Made by a program: the position numbers and the translations under genes. From the NCBI GenBank assembly GCA_965197725.1, contig CBDANQ010000051.1, positions 15,150-79,149 on the forward strand: a stretch of DNA of 64,000 nt, read 5' to 3'. Source of the DNA: Longimicrobiales bacterium. Its GTDB lineage: Bacteria > Gemmatimonadota > Gemmatimonadetes > Longimicrobiales > Gaopeijiaceae. Positions 32,113 to 45,426 of the stretch are shown here, one piece after another (position 1 is the first letter of the stretch; every line of letters starts with the position of its first letter). The notes under the pieces are model-generated. The model was given only the letters and a program-made list of their open reading frames with translations, was not told the DNA's origin and made no database searches.

Positions 32113-32702
32113 TCGGGGGCATCGTGCCCTGCGCGGGAGCCTCCGCTCGCATGGGCATGCCGAAGGCACTGCTCTCGATCCACGGCAGAACCTTCGTACA
32201 AGCCGTCGTCGATGCCTTGAGCGCCGGCGGCTGCGAGCCCGTGTTATCGGTCGTGCCGGATGACCCGGTGATCGCGGAAGCCGCACGCGCCACGGGGGCG
32301 CGCGTGCTCACGAACCCACACCCCGGTGAGGGGCCCATCACTTCGATGCGGCTCGCGCTGGCGGAATTGGAAGACTCCGTGGAGGGAGTAATCTACCTCG
32401 CTGTCGACCATCCATGCGTTCGTGCCGAGACCGTTGCGACGCTTCTGGACGCTGCGCGATCGACGGACGCGCCGCTCGTGATTCCCACGTACGAGGGCGA
32501 GCGAGGCCATCCGAGCTTCTTCCGCGAGAGCCTGTTCGGCGAACTAATTGATCCCACGTTGGACGGCGGGGCACGGACGGTCGTGCACAGACACCTGGAC
32601 CACGCCGAACTGGTCGCGGTGAACGACCCAGGGATCCGCTTGGACATCGACACACCGGCGGACTACGAGCCAATGCTCGCGGCCGGTGCTCACGCGCAGT
32701 GA
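32109..32702 (+). CDS. MocA/MobA-like nucleotidyltransferase (NTP_transf_3)
   Basis: CAGASARMGMPKALL, VDHP, GHP, DGGARTV, LDIDTPADY. Confidence 0.85.
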   Translation: MIGGIVPCAGASARMGMPKALLSIHGRTFVQAVVDALSAGGCEPVLSVVPDDPVIAEAARATGARVLTNPHPGEGPITSMRLALAELEDSVEGVIYLAVDHPCVRAETVATLLDAARSTDAPLVIPTYEGERGHPSFFRESLFGELIDPTLDGGARTVVHRHLDHAELVAVNDPGIRLDIDTPADYEPMLAAGAHAQ

Positions 32703-33538
32703 CACTGCACGCCACGGACGCCGCGACGCTGTTGGTCGAGACGGCGGAGGAGGGCGGCAGCGCGGTGGTCGCGGTCCTCGTCGGCGGGACCTCCGACGCC
32801 CCAGACGCGGCCCGGGTCGCATGGATCGAGTGCGCGGGCGCTGAGCCCCAGGTCCGCGGCTCGCTAGGCGCCGCTCGGCTCGATGACGCGGCGATATCCC
32901 TGATGAAGGAGGTCCTCGCGAAGCCGAGGGGCTCCGACGGGCTGCACGAACTGACGGTCGACGGCGCCGTGCTCGAGCTCTACTTGGAAGTGCGCAGGCC
33001 GGTCCAGGAGCTGATCATCGTTGGAGCCGGACACATCGCCCAGCCCCTGTCCCATATGGGCGCGTTGCTCGGTTTCCGAGTCTCGGTATTGGATGACCGG
33101 CCCGACTTCGCGACCGGCGAACGATTTCCGGACGCCGAGCGCGTGTTTCAGGCAGACTTCGATGATCCGTTCAGAGACGCCAGGCTGCACGAGCGCTCGC
33201 ACATCCTGCTGGTCACGCGCGGCCACAAGTACGACTATGCGTGCCTCGTGCGCGCGCTACGCGTGGATCCGCCTCCCGCGTATATCGGTATGATCGGGAG
33301 TCGGCGGCGTGTTCGCGCGACGTACGTGCAGCTGCTCGACGAGGGGTTCAACCGTGAACAACTGGATCGAATCCACGCCCCCGTCGGTCTCGACATCGGC
33401 GCGGAAACGCCCGAAGAGATCGCAGTGTCGGTTGCGGCTGAACTGGTGAAGGTACGGAGGGGAGGCACGGGAGCCTCGCTCCAGGAGGTGGAGCGGGTAG
33501 CAGAGCGCTTCTTCTCTGACGGAGATGAAGAAAAATGA
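32699..33538 (+). CDS. XdhC-family molybdenum-cofactor chaperone (Rossmann C-terminal domain)
   Basis: IVGAGHIA, DDRPDFA, VTRGHKYD, YIGMIGSRRR, APVGLDIGAETPEEIAVS. Confidence 0.9.
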   Translation: MTLHATDAATLLVETAEEGGSAVVAVLVGGTSDAPDAARVAWIECAGAEPQVRGSLGAARLDDAAISLMKEVLAKPRGSDGLHELTVDGAVLELYLEVRRPVQELIIVGAGHIAQPLSHMGALLGFRVSVLDDRPDFATGERFPDAERVFQADFDDPFRDARLHERSHILLVTRGHKYDYACLVRALRVDPPPAYIGMIGSRRRVRATYVQLLDEGFNREQLDRIHAPVGLDIGAETPEEIAVSVAAELVKVRRGGTGASLQEVERVAERFFSDGDEEK

Positions 33539-33882
33539 CGCACGACGACGACAGGTCGCTGACCGAAGCGCTGCAGACGGCTCGTGAAGCGGGCCGACGG
33601 TGCGCGCTCGCCACGATCGTGGGCACGAAGGGCTCCACACCTCGCAAGGTCGGTGCGCGCATGCTCGTCGACCCTGAGACCGGTTTGGTCGGGACCGTCG
33701 GCGGCGGCTGTGGTGAGGCAGAAGTGATCGAGGCGGCGCACGAGGTCCTGGAGACGGGTATCCCCCGTCGCGTCAGGGTCGACCTCACGGACGACTTCGT
33801 CTCATGGAGTCCCGCGGTGTGTGGCGGCGTCATGGATATTTTTCTCGAGGCGGTGGACGGCCGCGCCTCGAGCAGCCCCTAG
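33535..33882 (+). CDS. Stand-alone XdhC/CoxI N-terminal domain protein
   Basis: LATIVGTKGSTPRKVGARMLV, GTVGGGCGE, VCGGVMDIFLE. Confidence 0.88.
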   Translation: MTHDDDRSLTEALQTAREAGRRCALATIVGTKGSTPRKVGARMLVDPETGLVGTVGGGCGEAEVIEAAHEVLETGIPRRVRVDLTDDFVSWSPAVCGGVMDIFLEAVDGRASSSP

Positions 33883-33902
33883 CAGCCCCTGGCAGCCCCC
33901 GG

Positions 33903-34472
33903 GTGACGGAGCGTCCCCACGTCCGTATTCATTACCGGCGCCCGCCGGATCGAGAGATCTTCGATCAAACCGTGGTGCTGGAGCGCGACGACGTCATCGT
34001 GACCCTTTCGGAAGCGATGGAGTTCGATGCTCCCATGCGCATCGACGGTGACATCGCGCTTGAGACGGGCTCCTCTGTCGTTTGGTTCACCTTCCCCGGT
34101 GCGTGGCACGACGTCGGCAGCTTCCACCTCGCCGACGGCAGTTTCACCGGCTTCTACGCGAACGTGCTCACACCGCCGGAGATCGACGGGCGAGTTTGGC
34201 ACACTACGGATCTGTACCTCGACGTCTGGGTCTCGGCTGACGGGACTGTCCACCTTCTCGACGAGGATGAATTCGACGAAGCAGTGGGACGCGGTCTCGT
34301 GGACAAAGACACCGCGCGTCGGGCGCGGGAGGAGGCGGACCGGCTACTGGCTCAGGCGCGAGACGGTTCGTGGCCACCCGCCGTGGTACGTGAGTGGTCG
34401 TTGGAGCGGGCGGCTAGGCGTCGATTCGGTACGCCGCACACAGCCGAGCCACATCGACATGAACTCGCTTGA
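33903..34472 (+). CDS. DUF402 domain protein (Ntdp/FomD-like nucleotide hydrolase family)
   Basis: GFYANVLTP, TDLYLDVWV, LLDEDEFDEA. Confidence 0.82.
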   Translation: MTERPHVRIHYRRPPDREIFDQTVVLERDDVIVTLSEAMEFDAPMRIDGDIALETGSSVVWFTFPGAWHDVGSFHLADGSFTGFYANVLTPPEIDGRVWHTTDLYLDVWVSADGTVHLLDEDEFDEAVGRGLVDKDTARRAREEADRLLAQARDGSWPPAVVREWSLERAARRRFGTPHTAEPHRHELA

Positions 34473-34617
34473 GCACCGCCGGGTCTTCACGCAAGCAGTC
34501 GATCAGCCGGTCGTAGCCTTCGAGAGACGCGGACGGGATCTCGATCTCCTCGTGGTGATAGGAGCCCTCGTCGACCAGCACCAGCCGCACCCTCGACGTA
34601 CCCGCGCGCTTGCTCAC
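34414..34617 (-). CDS. Small hypothetical protein translationally coupled to VKOR
   Basis: 67 aa; GTG overlaps the VKOR stop; YDRLIDCLREDP. Confidence 0.55.
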   Translation of the reverse strand: MSKRAGTSRVRLVLVDEGSYHHEEIEIPSASLEGYDRLIDCLREDPAVLKRVHVDVARLCAAYRIDA

Positions 34618-35093
34618 GAGCTACCCTCTCTGAATCGCGCCACTTCCGGAACTGATGCGAAGAAGATCAACGTGATGATGATCGCGGAGACCACGCAGTA
34701 CTGACACCATGCTTCGATGACGAACGCCTCCAGGTACGTCAGGTAGGCGGAGAAGAGGCCGCCCACCAACGAACCCGCCAGCAGGAGTCCACCGATCATG
34801 CGCGATTCACGGTGGTTCGGTCGTAGACCCACGAAGGAAAGCGCGAGAAGCACGACGTAGCCCAAAACCCCGATGAAGGAGACGGGGACTGGCCCGAGCG
34901 TGGCGTACTGGCTGGACTGCACAGTTGCACAGTCGCCCACACCACACACGATGGGGCCGCCCAGCCCCAGGTTGTGGGCGAAGAGGTAGAGCGACACGAA
35001 GAAGCCCCCCAACGCCAGCACCGCCACCACCATGCGGTTCGTGGGCGGCGCGGCCACCGCCGCGCCGCCCACGTTCCGTGCTTCGTCGCCCAC
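34614..35093 (-). CDS. Vitamin K epoxide reductase family protein (DsbB analogue)
   Basis: Loop cysteines CGVGDC, SQYA, active-site WCQYC, four TM segments. Confidence 0.92.
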   Translation of the reverse strand: MGDEARNVGGAAVAAPPTNRMVVAVLALGGFFVSLYLFAHNLGLGGPIVCGVGDCATVQSSQYATLGPVPVSFIGVLGYVVLLALSFVGLRPNHRESRMIGGLLLAGSLVGGLFSAYLTYLEAFVIEAWCQYCVVSAIIITLIFFASVPEVARFREGSS

Positions 35094-35109
35094 GCTTGCT
35101 CCGGGCGTG

Positions 35110-35862
35110 TCAGTCGGCCCCGCCGGGGTCCCCGGAGCCCGCGATCTGGTCCACAGCGGCTTGGATGCCCTGAAAGGTGACAGGAACCTGTAAGGATTGG
35201 CCGTTCCCGTACACCATGACCGTCGGTGTCGAACTGACGCGGAGCTCGTACCCGAGACGCATGTTGGCCGAGACTAGGTCGGCGTGGCGGTCGCTCTTTA
35301 CGCACGCTTCGAAGTCGTCACTGTTCAGGCCCACGTCCTCTCCGAAACTCAGAAACTGTGCCATGGGACTCGTCTGGAGCCGCCACGATGTCTGGTTGCG
35401 GAAGAGCGCGTCGTGGTACTCCCAGAACTTGTCCTGATCCTGGGCGCAACGCGCGGAGCGCGCAGCGAGGAACGCGGTCGGGTGAACCGTCGTGAGCGGG
35501 AAGTCGTAAAAGATGAACTTAGCCTTCCCGGTCTCGAGCAGCAGCAGCTCGATCTGAGGCTTCACGCTCATCGCGAAACCTCCGCAGCCCGGACACGCGT
35601 AGTCACCGAACTCGACGATCGTGATCGGCGCGTCTTCATCACCCATGGTGACGCCCTGAGCCATTTCGGCCAGCAGCGTCATATCGTCCAGCCCCTCGAC
35701 CTCGATCGGCTCCATCGCCGCCGCGCCGAGCGCCGAGCTGCCGAGGGAATACGCAACGGCGCCGATCCCGACGACCGCGACGACACCCAGGATCACATAG
35801 AACTTCGTCATGTCGGAGCCGCCCTGCTCACGGGCCTTTCTCCGTTCTTCGCTTCTAGACAC
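35110..35862 (-). CDS. DsbA-family thiol-disulfide oxidoreductase, membrane-anchored
   Basis: EFGDYACPGC, DFPL, KFWEYHDALF, cis-Pro loop SSTPT. Confidence 0.9.
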   Translation of the reverse strand: MSRSEERRKAREQGGSDMTKFYVILGVVAVVGIGAVAYSLGSSALGAAAMEPIEVEGLDDMTLLAEMAQGVTMGDEDAPITIVEFGDYACPGCGGFAMSVKPQIELLLLETGKAKFIFYDFPLTTVHPTAFLAARSARCAQDQDKFWEYHDALFRNQTSWRLQTSPMAQFLSFGEDVGLNSDDFEACVKSDRHADLVSANMRLGYELRVSSTPTVMVYGNGQSLQVPVTFQGIQAAVDQIAGSGDPGGAD

Positions 35863-36014
35863 AGCCTACTCCCCTGCGGAGCGCCCGCGCGGTGGCGGGC
35901 TTGGTATCATGTGCGGCGAGCCCGCTAGGCGGGCCTCATACGATATGATGCGTTTGCGCCTTCAAGATGTTTCCGCAGCAGAGCGGGATCAAGCGATTGG
36001 GGTGACGGTCAGGC

Positions 36015-36698
36015 TCAGGTAGTCAGCAAGGCGAGTACCTCATCCGTGGCGGAAAGGTCCTCGAGCACGTGGTCCGCGCCCGTTTCCGCGAGCTGACGGA
36101 GGCTGAAGTGACCTGTCGCGACCGCGAGTGTACGCGTGCCCTCACGCTTCCCGCAGAAAACGTCCCGAGGGGTGTCGCCGACGACGATCGCATCGCTCGG
36201 CTCGATGGTCTCGCGCCAGGCGCGCCGGGCACGCTCGAGCGCGATGGCGGGAAGTTCGTTTCTGTCCTCGTGGTCGGAGCCATAACTTCCGAGTTCGAAG
36301 TGGCCCCATAATGCGGCCGACCTGAGCTTGAGCTCGGCGCCCCCCACGATGTTACCGGTGAGCAACCCGACGCCGATGTCCCCCATCTCGCTGAGCGCCG
36401 CCAGCAGCTCCGCGACGCCGGGGAGCACGTCCACCGGACGGTCGACCAACTGGACCTCGAGCTTCTCGAGGTAACGACGGAACAGGTCTGGCAGGCACGA
36501 CTCGACTCGGGCGCGGGCGCAGCCGACGCCAGCCAAGAGCTCCCGCACGATCCGCGGATCGGTCTTGCCCGCGAAGCTCACGCCCTCGACGTCTCCGATC
36601 GTCCCGAACGTCTCGAGCATCGCCTCGCAAAACGCATCCTTCGCCGGCCCGCCCGAGATGAGCGTACCATCGATGTCGAAAAGAACGACCCGGCGCAT
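36015..36698 (-). CDS. HAD-superfamily hydrolase
   Basis: LFDIDGTL, LTGN, VGDTPRD. Confidence 0.9.
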   Translation of the reverse strand: MRRVVLFDIDGTLISGGPAKDAFCEAMLETFGTIGDVEGVSFAGKTDPRIVRELLAGVGCARARVESCLPDLFRRYLEKLEVQLVDRPVDVLPGVAELLAALSEMGDIGVGLLTGNIVGGAELKLRSAALWGHFELGSYGSDHEDRNELPAIALERARRAWRETIEPSDAIVVGDTPRDVFCGKREGTRTLAVATGHFSLRQLAETGADHVLEDLSATDEVLALLTT

Positions 36699-36701
36699 CG
36701 C

Positions 36702-37676
36702 TCAGGCCAAACTGGCCAGTACGCTCGGATCCAAGTTGCCGCCGCTGACCACCACCGCGACCGCCCGGCCCTCTACGTCGATTGCCTTGGAGAGTAGCGC
36801 CGCGGTCGTCGCCGCCCCGGAGTACTCGACGACTAGTTTTCGGCGGCTCACGAGCCACGCTGTAGCTTCCCGAATCGCATCGTCGTCGACCGTGATGACA
36901 TCGTCCATCAAGTCTCGCACATGCTCGTAGGTCAGCTCGCCGGCGATCACGGGAGCCAGGCCGTCCGCAATCGTGTCGATCTCCTCGAGTATCGCGGGAT
37001 GACCCTCGTCGAGTGCTTTGCGCATCGAAGCAGCTCCGTTGGGCTCCACCCCGATGACCTGGGCGCCCGGTAGCAGCCTCTTCACCGATGCCGCGATCCC
37101 GCTCGCGAGTCCTCCTCCCCCGATGGGCGCCAACACCAAATCGACATCGGGCCACTCCCGCGCGATCTCGAGGCCGACCGTTCCCTGTCCGGAAATGATG
37201 TGCCGGTGATCGAAGGGTGGGACGATGACCAACCCTCGCTCCTCGGCGATCGCTTGCGCGCGCGCCAGTCGCTCGACGGAGGTCGTGCCCTCGTACTCAA
37301 TCTCGGCCCCTAGCCGCTCAACGCCGTCTCGCTTGACCGTGGGCGCGGTCGTGGGCATGACCACGACGACGTGCACGCCCCGAAGCTTGCCCGCGAGCGC
37401 CACGGCCTGGGCATGGTTGCCCGAGGAGTACGCGATAATGCCCGACGAGACCTGATCGTCAGAGAGTTGCGACACGAAGTTGTGGGCGCCTCGGATCTTG
37501 AACGATCCCGCACGTTGCAGGTTCTCACACTTGAGGCGCACCTGGGCGCCGGTTGCGTCGGAGAGCGCGTCCGCCGGCAGCAGAGGGGTCGACACCGCGA
37601 CGCCGGCAAGACGCCGCGCCGCGGCCTCGATCTCAGTCAGGCCGACGAGCCCCTCGCCCTGCACCACGTCGCTCAC
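36702..37676 (-). CDS. PLP-dependent threonine/serine dehydratase (no ACT domain)
   Basis: [35 protein letters not shown]. Confidence 0.92.
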   Translation of the reverse strand: MSDVVQGEGLVGLTEIEAAARRLAGVAVSTPLLPADALSDATGAQVRLKCENLQRAGSFKIRGAHNFVSQLSDDQVSSGIIAYSSGNHAQAVALAGKLRGVHVVVVMPTTAPTVKRDGVERLGAEIEYEGTTSVERLARAQAIAEERGLVIVPPFDHRHIISGQGTVGLEIAREWPDVDLVLAPIGGGGLASGIAASVKRLLPGAQVIGVEPNGAASMRKALDEGHPAILEEIDTIADGLAPVIAGELTYEHVRDLMDDVITVDDDAIREATAWLVSRRKLVVEYSGAATTAALLSKAIDVEGRAVAVVVSGGNLDPSVLASLA

Positions 37677-40162
37677 TCCTCGTTCTCGCCGTTCTCGCCG
37701 TTCTCCTCGTCCTCAATGACGACACGCGCGACATCGACCACGATATCGCCCTCGTCTAGGTTCACGAGCTTCACGCCCTGTGTCGCCCGGCCGATGAGTG
37801 AAATCTCGGCGACCCGCTGTCGGTTCACGACACCGGCTTTCGTGATCACCATGAGCTGCTCGTCCTCTTGGACCGCCATGATCGCTACGACCTGCCCCGT
37901 CCTTTGTGACGTCTTGAGGTTGATGACCCCCTTGCCGCCACGCTTGTGCAGGCGGTACGCGTCTACGTTCGTCCTCTTCCCCATGCCGTTCTCGGAGACA
38001 ACCAGAAGTGTCGAATCGGGACGGACCACGACCATTCCCTTGACCACGTCGTCACCGCGGAGATTGAGCCCGCGCACGCCGGCGGTTGCGCGCCCCATCT
38101 GACGCGCGTCGCGCTCGTTGAATCGGATCGCCTTGCCGCCGCGACTCGCGAGAATGATCTCGTCGTCACCCGACGTGATCTGAACGTCGATCAGCTCGTC
38201 GCCTTCGCGGATGTTGATCGCGTTGAGGCCCACCGCACGGACGTTCCCGTACGCGGATAGCGCGCTCTTCTTCACCATGCCCAGGCGGGTGGAGAACAGG
38301 AGGTTCTTCTCCTCCGAAAACTCCCGCACCGGCACTACGGATGCGATCGCCTCGTCGTCGGCGAGGTCGAGCAGGTTGACGATGGGCTTTCCGCGCGCGG
38401 TCCGGCCGCCGACCGGTATCTCCCACACCTTGATCCAGTAGCACTGGCCGCGGCGCGTGAAGATCATGACGTAGTCGTGCGTGGACGCCACGAAGAGGTG
38501 TTCAACCCAGTCCTCGTCCTTGGTATCCATGCCGCGCAAGCCTCGGCCGCCACGGCGCTGGGCCCGGTACGTGTCGAGTGCGAGACGCTTCACGTAGCCC
38601 TGATGGGAGACCGTGAGGACCATGTCCTCCTCGACGATGAGGTCCTCGACGTCGAACGAGCCGACCGCTTCGGTAATCTCGGTCCGACGGTCGTCGCCGA
38701 ATTTGCCTGAAACCGTGCGCAGCTCCTCTTTGAGGATCTCCATGCGCCGAGCTTCGGACTCCAAGATCTCGCGCAGGTCCTTGATGACGATGCGTACCTC
38801 GCCGAGCTCCTCATCGAGCTTGTCGATCTCAAGCCCGGTGAGCCGCGCGAGTCGCATGTCCAGGATCGCCTTCACCTGCCGCTCCGACAGCTCGAACGCC
38901 TCCCGCAACTGCTCGGAGGCCGCCACTATGTCCTTCGAGCCGCGGATGATCTTGATCACCTGGTCGATATGGTCGACCGCGATCTTCAGACCCTCGAGGA
39001 TGTGCTCGCGCTCGAGCGCCTTGGCGAGGTCGAACTCGCTCCGGCGCATGATGACCTCGTGGCGGTGGTCCAAGAAGTGCCGCAGCATCTCGCGGAGCGG
39101 CATGACCTTCGGCTGACCATCGACCAGCGCGAGCATGATCGTCCCGAACGTCGACTGCATCTGCGTGTGCCTATACAGCCGGTTGAGAACCACCTGGGGT
39201 ACGGCATCCCTCTTCAGCTCGATCACGATGCGCATGCCGTCGCGATCGGACTCGTCCCGCATGTCGCGGATGTCGGGCAGCTTCTTGTCTCGAACCAACT
39301 GCGCGATTTGCTCTACGAGCCGCGCCTTGTTGATCATGAACGGGAGCTCGGTGACGACGATCCGTTCGTTGTTCGCGTCGATCGGCTCGATCTCGGCCCG
39401 CGCGCGCATGACGATCCTGCCCCGACCCGTGCGATACGCGTCTCGGATGCCCTCTCGCCCGCAAACGAAACCGGCCGTCGGGAAGTCCGGGCCCTGGATG
39501 ATCCGCTCGAGTTCCTCTTGTGGAAGATCGGGGTCGTCGATCAGCGCGATGGACGCTTCCACGACCTCACGCAGGTTGTGCGGAGGGATGTTGGTCGCCA
39601 TACCGACCGCGATCCCAGACGAGCCATTTATGAGCAAGTTCGGGATTCGCGCCGGAAGGACGGTAGGCTCGTTCTTGCTGTCGTCGAAATTCGGCTTGTA
39701 GTCGACGGTTTCCTTGTCGATGTCGGCGAGGAGCTCCATCGCCAGATGAGTGAGGCGCGCCTCGGTGTACCGGTATGCCGCCGCGGAGTCGCCATCCACC
39801 GAACCGAAGTTACCCTGACCGTCGACGAGTGGGTAACGCAAGGAGAAATCCTGAACCATGCGCACCATCGAGTCGTAGACAGACGAGTCACCGTGCGGGT
39901 GATACTTACCCAAGACGTCACCGACGACCGTTGCACTCTTCTTGTACGCGCGCCCGGGACTCAGGCCGATCTCGCCCATGGCGTAGAGGATGCGGCGATG
40001 AACCGGCTTGAGACCGTCCCTCACATCTGGGAGTGCGCGCTGCACGATCACGCTCATCGAGTAGTCGATGAACGATTCGCGCATCTCGTCCTCGAGCAGG
40101 CGTGATAGTACGGTCCCTCCGCCCCCGCCGTCTCCGCCTACGAGCCCGAGCTCGTCACTCAT
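37673..40162 (-). CDS. gyrA: DNA gyrase subunit A
   Basis: [32 protein letters not shown], GyrA box QRRGGRG, C-terminal propeller repeats. Confidence 0.97.
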   Translation of the reverse strand: MSDELGLVGGDGGGGGTVLSRLLEDEMRESFIDYSMSVIVQRALPDVRDGLKPVHRRILYAMGEIGLSPGRAYKKSATVVGDVLGKYHPHGDSSVYDSMVRMVQDFSLRYPLVDGQGNFGSVDGDSAAAYRYTEARLTHLAMELLADIDKETVDYKPNFDDSKNEPTVLPARIPNLLINGSSGIAVGMATNIPPHNLREVVEASIALIDDPDLPQEELERIIQGPDFPTAGFVCGREGIRDAYRTGRGRIVMRARAEIEPIDANNERIVVTELPFMINKARLVEQIAQLVRDKKLPDIRDMRDESDRDGMRIVIELKRDAVPQVVLNRLYRHTQMQSTFGTIMLALVDGQPKVMPLREMLRHFLDHRHEVIMRRSEFDLAKALEREHILEGLKIAVDHIDQVIKIIRGSKDIVAASEQLREAFELSERQVKAILDMRLARLTGLEIDKLDEELGEVRIVIKDLREILESEARRMEILKEELRTVSGKFGDDRRTEITEAVGSFDVEDLIVEEDMVLTVSHQGYVKRLALDTYRAQRRGGRGLRGMDTKDEDWVEHLFVASTHDYVMIFTRRGQCYWIKVWEIPVGGRTARGKPIVNLLDLADDEAIASVVPVREFSEEKNLLFSTRLGMVKKSALSAYGNVRAVGLNAINIREGDELIDVQITSGDDEIILASRGGKAIRFNERDARQMGRATAGVRGLNLRGDDVVKGMVVVRPDSTLLVVSENGMGKRTNVDAYRLHKRGGKGVINLKTSQRTGQVVAIMAVQEDEQLMVITKAGVVNRQRVAEISLIGRATQGVKLVNLDEGDIVVDVARVVIEDEENGENGENEE

Positions 40163-40216
40163 GCGTCCGTCCTTCCTCGGGTTCAATCCGCCGGCTCGAA
40201 CCGACCCGGGACCGAG

Positions 40217-40606
40217 TCAGTACCGCACCGAGAGGCCGGTCCATTTGCACGCCGTGCAGCGGCGCCTGGTGAGCCTCCGCCCCATGAACGTCGACAGCAT
40301 TCGATGCACGCTTTTCCTCTTCAGCCGCTCCGTGTCCTCGCCACACACCGGGCATGTGCCTCCCACAGCGCTCACCCTTCCCTCCGCACGCTCGAGAATC
40401 AGGTGCACGAGACCCACGACGAGGCCGACCGCGAGCAGCGACACGCCGACAACGAAGCGGGTGGGGGAAACGAATGACTCGAATCCGTCGACGACCGCCC
40501 GAAAGCCAGACGACAGCCGGAGTGCCGTAAGCGAGGCCACCTTCGTCGATAGCTCCAGACCCAGCACCACGAGCCCGGCCGCGAGCATTGGCGTCGTCCG
40601 CCGCAC
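40217..40606 (-). CDS. Small membrane protein with a C-terminal zinc ribbon
   Basis: Hydrophobic segments, then CPVC...CTAC. Confidence 0.6.
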   Translation of the reverse strand: MRRTTPMLAAGLVVLGLELSTKVASLTALRLSSGFRAVVDGFESFVSPTRFVVGVSLLAVGLVVGLVHLILERAEGRVSAVGGTCPVCGEDTERLKRKSVHRMLSTFMGRRLTRRRCTACKWTGLSVRY

Positions 40607-40756
40607 TAGCGGTCGGGCCCTATGGTCGCGGGGGGCTCAGAGAGGTAAAGAACGTGGGGCAAGCGCTCGCTCCTGTGAGGCTCTAGGATGTCTCCTGAGG
40701 GCGCTCGGGGCGCTTCCTCCCGAGACCGTGAAAAATAACGCTTTTTCCCGCCCGAA

Positions 40757-41770
40757 TCACGCCATTACGACGAAAGATTTCAGCTCTTCCAGCCCGCCCT
40801 CGGACAGCAGGCTTCGCAGCTGCTCTCGCGCGCCTTTCTGGCCGACGGCACCCAGGTGCAAAACACCCCGTTCGGCCAGTGCGCGCGCGGTATCCAGGAC
40901 TGGGACATCGTGTATTATCTGGCCGATTTTCCGCGGGTCCACTTCGGCGAACGCGGAGAGCTTTACGCCTCGTTTCACGAGCTCTTTGGCGAGCGCCTTG
41001 CCCACCGGTCCGGCACCCCAGATCAAGGCACCCTCGATAACCCCGGGGAAAGCCTCGAGCAGGTAGTGCACCTTGCAGCGCCGGAAGGCGTCCGGAGAGT
41101 ATGTGGGATCTGTCCGGGACAGCCGACTCTTCCCCTCACGCCAGCTCAAGAGCTTCTCCGGAACTACGCCCAGCCCCCCTCCAGCGCGCCACAGCCGGAA
41201 GACGAGGTCATAGTCCTCGGGCCACCCCCGGTCCCGATACCCTCCGACCGCCGCGACCACCTCAGCGCGCATGAAGAACGTCGGGTGCGCGATCGGGCAC
41301 TCGACGAAGATCTCACGGGCCACCTCCTCCCGCGTCGTGATCGAGTTTATCCATGCTTCGTACCAGAGCGCTCCTTCGTCGACGTGCTCACGAGGGAAGT
41401 ACTCTACCCGGCATCCGCAGAGCGAGAGCTTGGGTTCGGACTCCATGCGCTCGTATTGACGAGCGAACCGCGTCCGCGCCGACACGTCGTCGGCGTCCAT
41501 GCGAACGAGGTATCGTCCCCGCGCAACCCCACGGCCGGCCTCGAGGGCGGCGACGATGCCCTGAGGGGCCTGCTGAATCACGGTCACGCGCGCATCGCGT
41601 GAAGCCCATGCCCGCAACTTCTGGTAGGTATCGTCCAGGGAGCCGTCATCGACGGCGACAACCTCGAATTCGATGAAGGACTGCTCTTCGATCGATTCGA
41701 TCGCCTCGTCGAGATGAGCGGCGCCGTCCCGGACCGGGAGCAGCACGGAGACGAGTGGAGGAGCTGTCAT
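40757..41770 (-). CDS. Family 2 glycosyltransferase with a C-terminal Rossmann-like domain
   Basis: VSVLLPV, VDDGS, RMDADD, EDYDL, IWGAGPVGK. Confidence 0.9.
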   Translation of the reverse strand: MTAPPLVSVLLPVRDGAAHLDEAIESIEEQSFIEFEVVAVDDGSLDDTYQKLRAWASRDARVTVIQQAPQGIVAALEAGRGVARGRYLVRMDADDVSARTRFARQYERMESEPKLSLCGCRVEYFPREHVDEGALWYEAWINSITTREEVAREIFVECPIAHPTFFMRAEVVAAVGGYRDRGWPEDYDLVFRLWRAGGGLGVVPEKLLSWREGKSRLSRTDPTYSPDAFRRCKVHYLLEAFPGVIEGALIWGAGPVGKALAKELVKRGVKLSAFAEVDPRKIGQIIHDVPVLDTARALAERGVLHLGAVGQKGAREQLRSLLSEGGLEELKSFVVMA

Positions 41771-41945
41771 GGGCGACGATTCGGTCCCTTCCAGAGGATG
41801 CGGAAGCGACCCACCTCGGCGAACCACCGGAAGCGGGCCTCGAGGCTGTCGAGCAGTGGACCTTCGACCGGTGGCGAGAACAGCCGCCGCCGGTTCAAGA
41901 CCACGACCTTAAGACCGGTGTCATCTATGAGAGACAGAATCCGGC
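41767..41945 (-). pseudogene. 3' remnant of a gene formerly coupled to the GT2 gene (possibly a membrane glycosyltransferase C-terminus)
   Basis: LKVVVLNRRRLFSPPVEGPLLDSLEARFRWFAEVGRFRILWK ends in a TGA overlapping the GT2 ATG; upstream it runs into an opposite-strand remnant. Confidence 0.5.
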
Positions 41946-41947
41946 GG

Positions 41948-42328
41948 GTCCGGCCTTCCGGGTCTGCACGACGACAACGTACATCATCTTCGACGCTATC
42001 GGCGAGACGAGTTGCGTAGCCGCATCTCCGCGGCAGGATGGCGGATCGAGCAACTGAGCTATGTGAACACCCTCCTCTTCCCACCGATCGCGGTGCTGCG
42101 CGCGCTGGAACGCCTCATGCCCAAGAGGGCGCCCGACGAAGCGCGGGCATGACCGGTTTCGGACTTCCACCCGGGCCCGTGAATCGGCTCCTCGCGGGTC
42201 TCCTCTCCTTCGAGGGCTCGCTCATGCGGTACATCAACCTTCCGATGGGCGTCGGCTTCATCTGCCGGGCACGCCGCGACGGCACGAGCGAAACGGACTC
42301 CGTGGTCCCTCCCGCCCAGCGTCGCTGA
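41948..42328 (+). pseudogene. 3' remnant of a class I SAM-dependent methyltransferase
   Basis: PAF / GLHDDNVHHLRRY...AGWRIEQLSYVNTLLFPPIAVLR / PPGPVNRLL...LPMGVGFICRARR across frameshifts; the SAM-binding N-terminus is missing. Confidence 0.7.
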
Positions 42329-42430
42329 TGGCTCGCGGCACAGAACGAATCGTCGGTGAGCTGCCCCCACATGTCGTCGTGAGCGCGCGGAGACCGAAGT
42401 AACCGCTGCGCCTCCCGCTCGCAGAAGTCC

Positions 42431-45247
<2,817 letters not shown>

Positions 45248-45322
45248 GCCGAACGATATCACCGACGTCCACACCGAACAGGCCTTGACGGCCGCTCGCG
45301 CCCCGGACAGCTTTTCCGGACT

Positions 45323-45400
45323 ATGAAGAACATGATCCACGTCGCGCACCATCATCATCACGGGGCCCCACTGGGCTGCGGAGGATTGGTGCGTACCTAG
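45323..45400 (+). CDS. hisL: his operon leader peptide MKNMIHVAHHHHHGAPLGCGGLVRT
   Basis: 25-aa ORF with six His codons, five consecutive, directly upstream of a terminator and hisG. Confidence 0.88.
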   Translation: MKNMIHVAHHHHHGAPLGCGGLVRT

Positions 45401-45426
45401 GACGTAGATCCAGGAAGCAACAAGCC

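Noticed and set aside
33871..33900. Three 10-bp repeats (AGCAGCCCCT-like) at the xdhC/DUF402 junction
   Set aside because: No spacers, so not CRISPR-like; a short slippage repeat over a stop codon with no evident consequence.
37673..40162. parC instead of gyrA, because gyrB is not adjacent
   Set aside because: A GyrA box (QRRGGRG) and a full C-terminal propeller are present; separated gyrA and gyrB are common.
45248..45361. N-terminal extension of UvrA (MMMMVRD...) in the ORF track
   Set aside because: The Met run is the antisense reading of the His codons (CAT) of the leader peptide; UvrA homology starts at 45247.
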